A stretch of 64,000 nt of DNA from Raillietiella orientalis (Eukaryota): NCBI GenBank assembly GCA_036172245.1, contig JAYWIR010000007.1, positions 3,658,001-3,722,000 on the forward strand, in the 5' to 3' direction. The position numbers and the translations under genes were made by a program. Below the pieces are notes generated by a model, which saw nothing but the letters and a program-made list of their open reading frames with translations, was not told the origin of the DNA and did no database searches. Positions 62,301 through 64,000 of the stretch are shown in pieces (position 1 is the stretch's first letter; the number at the start of each line of letters is the position of its first letter).

Positions 62301-64000
62301 ACAGACTGCGGGAAGTGGTCTAGCAGCTGTGGTCTAGACCTGCGCAGAGGATGGGTCGGTAGATATTTGCGAACTGTCTTCTCTACCGATCCTCTTGTTG
62401 CCTGGAGCCGTCCTCCGGTTTCTTCCCCTCACCCTTGACTTTCTTGAATAAGTGATTTCTCGCGCCCACCAAAGACATTTTCGGAGTCGGAGGAAGCACA
62501 CCCTGGCGGAGAGAGGTGGTCCGAGAAGCGTGCGCAATGACATTCCATTTCCTGAGACCGCCTTCTCGGCCAAATGCAAAAAGTTCGGCGTGCCCTTCGT
62601 TTCCTCCCTCCTTGCCTTCTGCGCAAGGAAGCGGCAAACACAGCCATCTCCTGCCATGAGGTTTTCTGAGTTGTTGTGTTTACCTCCGTAGCCCTCTCTG
62701 GGAGAAAGCAGTGGAAATCGACTCCCCCAAATGCTCAGCATCCGTGCCCAATCTCGTGGAGCGGAATGAATACCAGTTCAGGGTTGTCGCCATTAACAAA
62801 ATGGGTCCCGGGGAGCCGAGCGAGGCCACGAAACCTTTGGTTGCCAAAGCGAGATTTGGTAAATTTTCCTCGCCTTCACTCGGTGGTCTACTAACCCTCA
62901 TCTTCTCCCAGTGCCTCCCAAGATAAACAGGAAATATCTGAAGGACTCGACCATCAAGTGTGGCCTGATGCTGAAGTTCGACGCAGACGTCAGCGGAGAA
63001 CCCCCTCCGACCATTCAGTGGAAGAAGGACGGCGTCGAGATAAGGTAACGTGACCTGGGCGAGAGGAATAAACCACCTGCCCCTTAGCCCATCGGACAGA
63101 GCGCAAATACAGAACGTGGACTACAACACCAAATTCCTTCTCCGGAAGGCGCAGCGGGAAGACTCTGGAAGATACACGGTCATCGCCACAAACAGCTCGG
63201 GCAAGGACGAGGTCACTGTCGAGGTCACCGTTGTGGACAAACCTTTGGCTCCGGAAGGGCCTCTGCAGGTATTGTGGGGAGAAGAACCGAGAAACAAAGC
63301 AGGGTACCCGTCCCGAATACCTCGGAGGAACTCCCGCATCCGGGGTGTGGGGAGAGCGAACAGGGCTGGCGACGAAATTCGAGAAGCATGCCGGGTGCTT
63401 CCTCTCTTGCACCTGGAACGGGGGAGGGCCCACCTGCGGCCGTGGAAATGCCCCGAGAGTGGCAGGCGCGAGATCTGGGTGGTAGCGGCACGTGTTCTGG
63501 AGCATAAACGAATGGTGCACGCGGAAGATCTGGATCTTCGGGAATGAATTCCCGAGCAGACCCCTCCCTTGCAACCAAAAGGTTACAGGAGAAAGGGAGG
63601 GAACTCTATCATCCCTTCAACCCCTCCCTTGCTTGGAATACAAGCGCGAAGTTGGGTAAACACCCCTTGGATCCTCGAAGGAAGAAGGGTTTGGCTTCCA
63701 GGGAGGTGGGGGAGATGGAGAGGGGATGCCTTGCGGAACTGAAACTTCCGACCGCGCAATCAGGGCTGGCGAAAAAGCCACGCGCAACCACGGATTCTTC
63801 CCTTCTACTCTGGTTGCCATGGGAAAGCCTCACTTTCTCTCTCCCGAGGTCTCCGATGTGGGTAAGAACGGCTGCTCTCTGAATTGGAAGAAGCCCAAGG
63901 ACGACGGAGGTGCCCCCGTGGAGTTCTATCAGCTGGAGAAGCTGGACACGGACACCGGGGTCTGGATTCCGTGCGGGAAGACGAAGGATACCAGTAGGGA
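20051..64000 (+). CDS. bt: Projectin/twitchin (giant Ig/Fn3 muscle protein), multi-exon gene, 3'-partial
   Basis: N-terminus [32 protein letters not shown] matches the projectin start as I know it. Architecture is Ig x7, PEVK-like linker, Ig x6, (Fn3-Fn3-Ig) x9+. About 78 exons join in one frame via GT-AG introns, with lengths and phases checked. The family is bent/unc-22. Confidence 0.96.
21506..21527 (+). CDS. bt: projectin exon 2, 22-nt microexon (PADEPRER)
   Basis: ttttcag|CTGCTGACGAGCCGAGGGAACG|gtgagt. It bridges phase 1 to phase 2 between exons 1 and 3. Confidence 0.88.
23900..24900 (+). mobile_element. Degenerate DNA-transposase fragment (hATm-like, inferred)
   Basis: Pieces [25 protein letters not shown]...LQRP and EGKP appear in order. 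Confidence 0.35.
27400..29750 (+). mobile_element. Degenerate DNA-transposase fragment (hATm-like, inferred)
   Basis: Pieces VEWWKP..RQVRKL, ETKIG...ACR, KGDRRE...L and [12 protein letters not shown] appear in order. Confidence 0.3.
34136..34298 (+). CDS. bt: projectin exon 3 (Ig2 N-half)
   Basis: [13 protein letters not shown]...PRHK, donor gtaagc. Confidence 0.92.
35277..35751 (+). repeat. Direct repeat copy B (in the intron after exon 3)
   Basis: Near-identical to 17357-17831. Confidence 0.95.
36011..36152 (+). CDS. bt: projectin exon 4 (Ig2 C-half)
   Basis: ISVRKEKD...[11 protein letters not shown]...SLNFD. Confidence 0.92.
36241..36583 (+). CDS. bt: projectin exon 5 (Ig3)
   Basis: KPTFTERP...[11 protein letters not shown]...NLNFE. 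Confidence 0.92.
36673..36974 (+). CDS. bt: projectin exon 6 (Ig4)
   Basis: PRFPQKP...[11 protein letters not shown]...LNFQ. Confidence 0.92.
37137..37378 (+). CDS. bt: projectin exon 7 (Ig5 N-part)
   Basis: FAPTFLEKP...VTWYKG...LEVK. Confidence 0.9.
37443..37533 (+). CDS. bt: projectin exon 8 (Ig5 C-part)
   Basis: [30 protein letters not shown]. Confidence 0.9.
37719..37891 (+). CDS. bt: projectin exon 9 (Ig6 N-part)
   Basis: APEIPEKP...VIWYKE...RLKE. Confidence 0.9.
37969..38139 (+). CDS. bt: projectin exon 10 (Ig6 C-part / Ig7 start)
   Basis: GEFLVKLEI...[11 protein letters not shown]...[11 protein letters not shown]. Confidence 0.9.
38202..38281 (+). CDS. bt: projectin exon 11 (Ig7)
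   Basis: AAG acceptor; [26 protein letters not shown]. Confidence 0.8.
38334..38500 (+). CDS. bt: projectin exon 12 (Ig7 C-part)
   Basis: NGKRIRED...[14 protein letters not shown]. Confidence 0.9.
38553..39100 (+). CDS. bt: projectin exon 13 (E/K/P-rich PEVK-like linker)
   Basis: [13 protein letters not shown]...KSPEEPP...EIQE; phase 1 to 0. Confidence 0.88.
39334..39447 (+). CDS. bt: projectin exon 14 (PEVK-like, phase 0-0)
   Basis: [19 protein letters not shown]...APKK, flanked by cag and gtacgg. Confidence 0.75.
39653..39757 (+). CDS. bt: projectin exon 15 (PEVK-like, phase 0-0)
   Basis: [16 protein letters not shown]...EKDS, preceded by a long pyrimidine tract. Confidence 0.75.
39880..40047 (+). 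CDS. bt: projectin exon 16 (PEVK-like, PKA motifs)
   Basis: EDAKVPEKP...SRRGS...RKGS...[10 protein letters not shown]. Confidence 0.85.
40343..40585. repeat. 27-bp minisatellite, ~9 copies (TGTGATTGTCACAAATATGTGTCTGTC)
   Basis: Head-to-tail units with no spacers. Degenerate units flank it (~40291-40342 and ~40586-40650). Confidence 0.95.
41462..41509 (+). CDS. bt: projectin microexon 17a ([16 protein letters not shown])
   Basis: ttttcag ... gtaatc; 48 nt, phase 0-0. Confidence 0.72.
41871..41915 (+). CDS. bt: projectin microexon 17b ([15 protein letters not shown])
   Basis: cgttag ... gtgagt; 45 nt, phase 0-0; shares LRPGE with 17a. Confidence 0.72.
42796..42900. repeat. Imperfect (TA/CA/TG) low-complexity microsatellite
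   Basis: Mostly alternating purine-pyrimidine tract in the intron before exon 18. Confidence 0.75.
43215..43362 (+). CDS. bt: projectin exon 18 (linker end / Ig8 start)
   Basis: [27 protein letters not shown]...ENYSAIE. Confidence 0.88.
43764..43828 (+). CDS. bt: projectin exon 19 (Ig8)
   Basis: [21 protein letters not shown]. Confidence 0.9.
43958..44129 (+). CDS. bt: projectin exon 20 (Ig8 C-part)
   Basis: [24 protein letters not shown]...LFVS. Confidence 0.92.
44184..44323 (+). CDS. bt: projectin exon 21 (DFRxxL linker)
   Basis: [18 protein letters not shown]...LKKVDK. Confidence 0.92.
44587..45523 (-). mobile_element. tRNA-derived SINE-like element, copy 3 (in the intron after exon 21)
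   Basis: A box GGCCTTGTGGTTAAGGC (45493-45509) and B box GGTTCGAATAC (45456-45466) on minus. Shared body motifs at 44760 and 45011. T-run near 44587. Confidence 0.7.
45748..45873 (+). CDS. bt: projectin exon 22 (Ig9)
   Basis: [25 protein letters not shown]...WFFRQD. Confidence 0.9.
45924..46068 (+). CDS. bt: projectin exon 23 (Ig9 C-part)
   Basis: EIFPGSKYK...DKGKYTCEV. Confidence 0.9.
46183..46322 (+). CDS. bt: projectin exon 24 (Ig10)
   Basis: [11 protein letters not shown]...LECTVS...WYKGDEEIE. Confidence 0.9.
46370..46523 (+). CDS. bt: projectin exon 25 (Ig10 C-part)
   Basis: [16 protein letters not shown]...TTVQII. Confidence 0.88.
46576..46717 (+). CDS. bt: projectin exon 26 (Ig11)
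   Basis: KFTKQLKR...[15 protein letters not shown]. Confidence 0.9.
46764..46888 (+). CDS. bt: projectin exon 27 (Ig11 C-part)
   Basis: AAG acceptor; [12 protein letters not shown]...[10 protein letters not shown]. Confidence 0.88.
46946..47084 (+). CDS. bt: projectin exon 28 (Ig12)
   Basis: [17 protein letters not shown]...EWFFND. Confidence 0.9.
47132..47346 (+). CDS. bt: projectin exon 29 (Ig12 C-part / Ig13 start)
   Basis: GKHQLIIEK...GEEAPII...VPYE. Confidence 0.9.
47765..47971 (+). CDS. bt: projectin exon 30 (Ig13)
   Basis: QGHRQSEV...[21 protein letters not shown]. Confidence 0.9.
48025..48333 (+). CDS. bt: projectin exon 31 (module 1 Fn3-a)
   Basis: VPSPPRNL...WDPPEDNGG...[10 protein letters not shown]...AKDPW. 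Confidence 0.92.
48388..48512 (+). CDS. bt: projectin exon 32 (module 1 Fn3-b)
   Basis: [14 protein letters not shown]...[14 protein letters not shown]. Confidence 0.92.
48627..48804 (+). CDS. bt: projectin exon 33 (module 1 Fn3-b)
   Basis: [17 protein letters not shown]...KSRF. Confidence 0.92.
48872..49019 (+). CDS. bt: projectin exon 34 (module 1 Ig)
   Basis: [12 protein letters not shown]...GEPPPEITW. Confidence 0.92.
49080..49216 (+). CDS. bt: projectin exon 35 (module 1 Ig)
   Basis: [17 protein letters not shown]...VVVL. Confidence 0.92.
49270..49433 (+). CDS. bt: projectin exon 36 (module 2 Fn3-a)
   Basis: KPSMPQGPL...[15 protein letters not shown]. Confidence 0.92.
49481..49622 (+). 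CDS. bt: projectin exon 37 (module 2 Fn3-a)
   Basis: [17 protein letters not shown]...AKNPY. Confidence 0.92.
49684..49986 (+). CDS. bt: projectin exon 38 (module 2 Fn3-b)
   Basis: [14 protein letters not shown]...[12 protein letters not shown]. Confidence 0.92.
50040..50321 (+). CDS. bt: projectin exon 39 (module 2 Ig)
   Basis: [10 protein letters not shown]...GEPPPTVTW...GRYTILAEN. Confidence 0.92.
50380..50486 (+). CDS. bt: projectin exon 40 (module 3 Fn3-a)
   Basis: IPSKPRGPL...[13 protein letters not shown]. Confidence 0.92.
51076..51274 (+). CDS. bt: projectin exon 41 (module 3 Fn3-a)
   Basis: HYEIEKLD...YLFRVVAVN...AKDPY. Confidence 0.92.
51325..51454 (+). CDS. bt: projectin exon 42 (module 3 Fn3-b)
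   Basis: AAG acceptor; [14 protein letters not shown]...IIEKKD. Confidence 0.9.
51547..51713 (+). CDS. bt: projectin exon 43 (module 3 Fn3-b)
   Basis: AAG acceptor; SDWEKVAEV...[11 protein letters not shown]. Confidence 0.85.
51777..51904 (+). CDS. bt: projectin exon 44 (module 3 Ig)
   Basis: [10 protein letters not shown]...GEPPPKVTW. Confidence 0.92.
52028..52178 (+). CDS. bt: projectin exon 45 (module 3 Ig)
   Basis: ENVDYNTK...[13 protein letters not shown]. Confidence 0.92.
52235..52540 (+). CDS. bt: projectin exon 46 (module 4 Fn3-a)
   Basis: [14 protein letters not shown]...[14 protein letters not shown]...AKNPY. Confidence 0.92.
52602..52768 (+). CDS. bt: projectin exon 47 (module 4 Fn3-b)
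   Basis: [16 protein letters not shown]...DGGAPITGY. Confidence 0.92.
52868..53003 (+). CDS. bt: projectin exon 48 (module 4 Fn3-b)
   Basis: AAG acceptor; [17 protein letters not shown]...KARF. Confidence 0.9.
53092..53373 (+). CDS. bt: projectin exon 49 (module 4 Ig)
   Basis: KPIINREKL...GEPPPSISW...ITVL. Confidence 0.92.
53445..53750 (+). CDS. bt: projectin exon 50 (module 5 Fn3-a)
   Basis: [14 protein letters not shown]...[14 protein letters not shown]...AKNPY. Confidence 0.92.
54462..54566 (+). CDS. bt: projectin exon 51 (module 5 Fn3-b)
   Basis: [14 protein letters not shown]...DGGAPIT. Confidence 0.92.
54670..54867 (+). CDS. bt: projectin exon 52 (module 5 Fn3-b)
   Basis: YIIEACDK...[14 protein letters not shown]...KPRF. 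Confidence 0.92.
54942..55078 (+). CDS. bt: projectin exon 53 (module 5 Ig)
   Basis: [10 protein letters not shown]...GEPAPLVEW. Confidence 0.92.
55163..55322 (+). CDS. bt: projectin exon 54 (module 5 Ig)
   Basis: [20 protein letters not shown]. Confidence 0.92.
55459..55599 (+). CDS. bt: projectin exon 55 (module 6 Fn3-a)
   Basis: [14 protein letters not shown]...EKMDTST. Confidence 0.92.
55652..55810 (+). CDS. bt: projectin exon 56 (module 6 Fn3-a)
   Basis: NWVPAG...[14 protein letters not shown]...AKNPF. Confidence 0.92.
55881..56052 (+). CDS. bt: projectin exon 57 (module 6 Fn3-b)
   Basis: AAG acceptor; [14 protein letters not shown]...DGGAPIEKF. Confidence 0.9.
56136..56263 (+). CDS. 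bt: projectin exon 58 (module 6 Fn3-b)
   Basis: AAG acceptor; [17 protein letters not shown]...KPRF. Confidence 0.88.
56331..56472 (+). CDS. bt: projectin exon 59 (module 6 Ig)
   Basis: APRIDRRNL...GEPTPDIHW. Confidence 0.92.
56578..56714 (+). CDS. bt: projectin exon 60 (module 6 Ig)
   Basis: [20 protein letters not shown]. Confidence 0.9.
56820..57119 (+). CDS. bt: projectin exon 61 (module 7 Fn3-a)
   Basis: [14 protein letters not shown]...[14 protein letters not shown]...KNPF. Confidence 0.92.
57182..57317 (+). CDS. bt: projectin exon 62 (module 7 Fn3-b)
   Basis: [14 protein letters not shown]...EKKDKF. Confidence 0.92.
57456..57622 (+). CDS. bt: projectin exon 63 (module 7 Fn3-b)
   Basis: TKWQKAAE...[14 protein letters not shown]...KPRF. 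Confidence 0.92.
57712..57857 (+). CDS. bt: projectin exon 64 (module 7 Ig)
   Basis: SPKIDRSQM...GEPPPEKTW...AHG, donor gtcagt. Confidence 0.88.
58560..58695 (+). CDS. bt: projectin exon 65 (module 7 Ig)
   Basis: [10 protein letters not shown]...[16 protein letters not shown]. Confidence 0.9.
58748..58888 (+). CDS. bt: projectin exon 66 (module 8 Fn3-a)
   Basis: [13 protein letters not shown]...EKMDLET. Confidence 0.92.
58944..59102 (+). CDS. bt: projectin exon 67 (module 8 Fn3-a)
   Basis: RWVPVG...[17 protein letters not shown]...RNPF. Confidence 0.92.
60162..60329 (+). CDS. bt: projectin exon 68 (module 8 Fn3-b)
   Basis: [16 protein letters not shown]...[14 protein letters not shown]. 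Confidence 0.92.
60387..60521 (+). CDS. bt: projectin exon 69 (module 8 Fn3-b)
   Basis: [17 protein letters not shown]...KPKR. Confidence 0.92.
60574..60855 (+). CDS. bt: projectin exon 70 (module 8 Ig)
   Basis: [10 protein letters not shown]...GEPPPEISW...VTVL. Confidence 0.92.
60907..61047 (+). CDS. bt: projectin exon 71 (module 9 Fn3-a)
   Basis: [14 protein letters not shown]...EALDKDT. Confidence 0.92.
61101..61259 (+). CDS. bt: projectin exon 72 (module 9 Fn3-a)
   Basis: VWMPLG...[14 protein letters not shown]...AKDPY. Confidence 0.92.
61358..61493 (+). CDS. bt: projectin exon 73 (module 9 Fn3-b)
   Basis: [14 protein letters not shown]...EKKDKY. Confidence 0.92.
62692..62858 (+). CDS. 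bt: projectin exon 74 (module 9 Fn3-b)
   Basis: PLWEKAVE...[17 protein letters not shown]...KARF. Confidence 0.92.
62912..63044 (+). CDS. bt: projectin exon 75 (module 9 Ig)
   Basis: [11 protein letters not shown]...[16 protein letters not shown] branch point upstream. Confidence 0.92.
63088..63268 (+). CDS. bt: projectin exon 76 (module 9 Ig / module 10 Fn3 start)
   Basis: NVDYNTK...[10 protein letters not shown]...[12 protein letters not shown]. Confidence 0.9.
63849..63993 (+). CDS. bt: projectin exon 77 (module 10 Fn3-a, 3' end uncertain)
   Basis: GAG acceptor; [23 protein letters not shown]...GVWIPCGK. Possible donor gtaggg at 63994. Confidence 0.85.

Overview
This is eukaryotic DNA, most likely arthropod and possibly crustacean. 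It is dominated by the 5' part of a giant muscle-protein gene, projectin/twitchin (bent/unc-22 family), on the + strand from ATG 20051 to beyond the window end. I traced about 78 coding exons by hand, and every junction is GT-AG and phase-consistent. They encode 7 Ig domains, an E/K/P-rich PEVK-like linker built largely from phase-0 exons, 6 more Ig domains, then 9 complete Fn3-Fn3-Ig modules and the start of a tenth. The kinase domain is not in the window. Notable details: a 22-nt microexon before a 12.6-kb intron, two paralogous LRPGE microexons, a PKA-site cluster plus a DFRxxL motif, introns as short as 43 nt, and several AAG/GAG acceptors. The non-coding DNA holds three copies of a tRNA-headed, A-tailed SINE-like element, a 475-bp block duplicated with only 3 mismatches seen, a 27-bp minisatellite, and many degraded fragments that I infer to be hAT (hATm-like) transposase fossils. 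There is no CRISPR array, rRNA or intact tRNA gene, and no second gene I can support. I found no convincing novel system beyond these observations.
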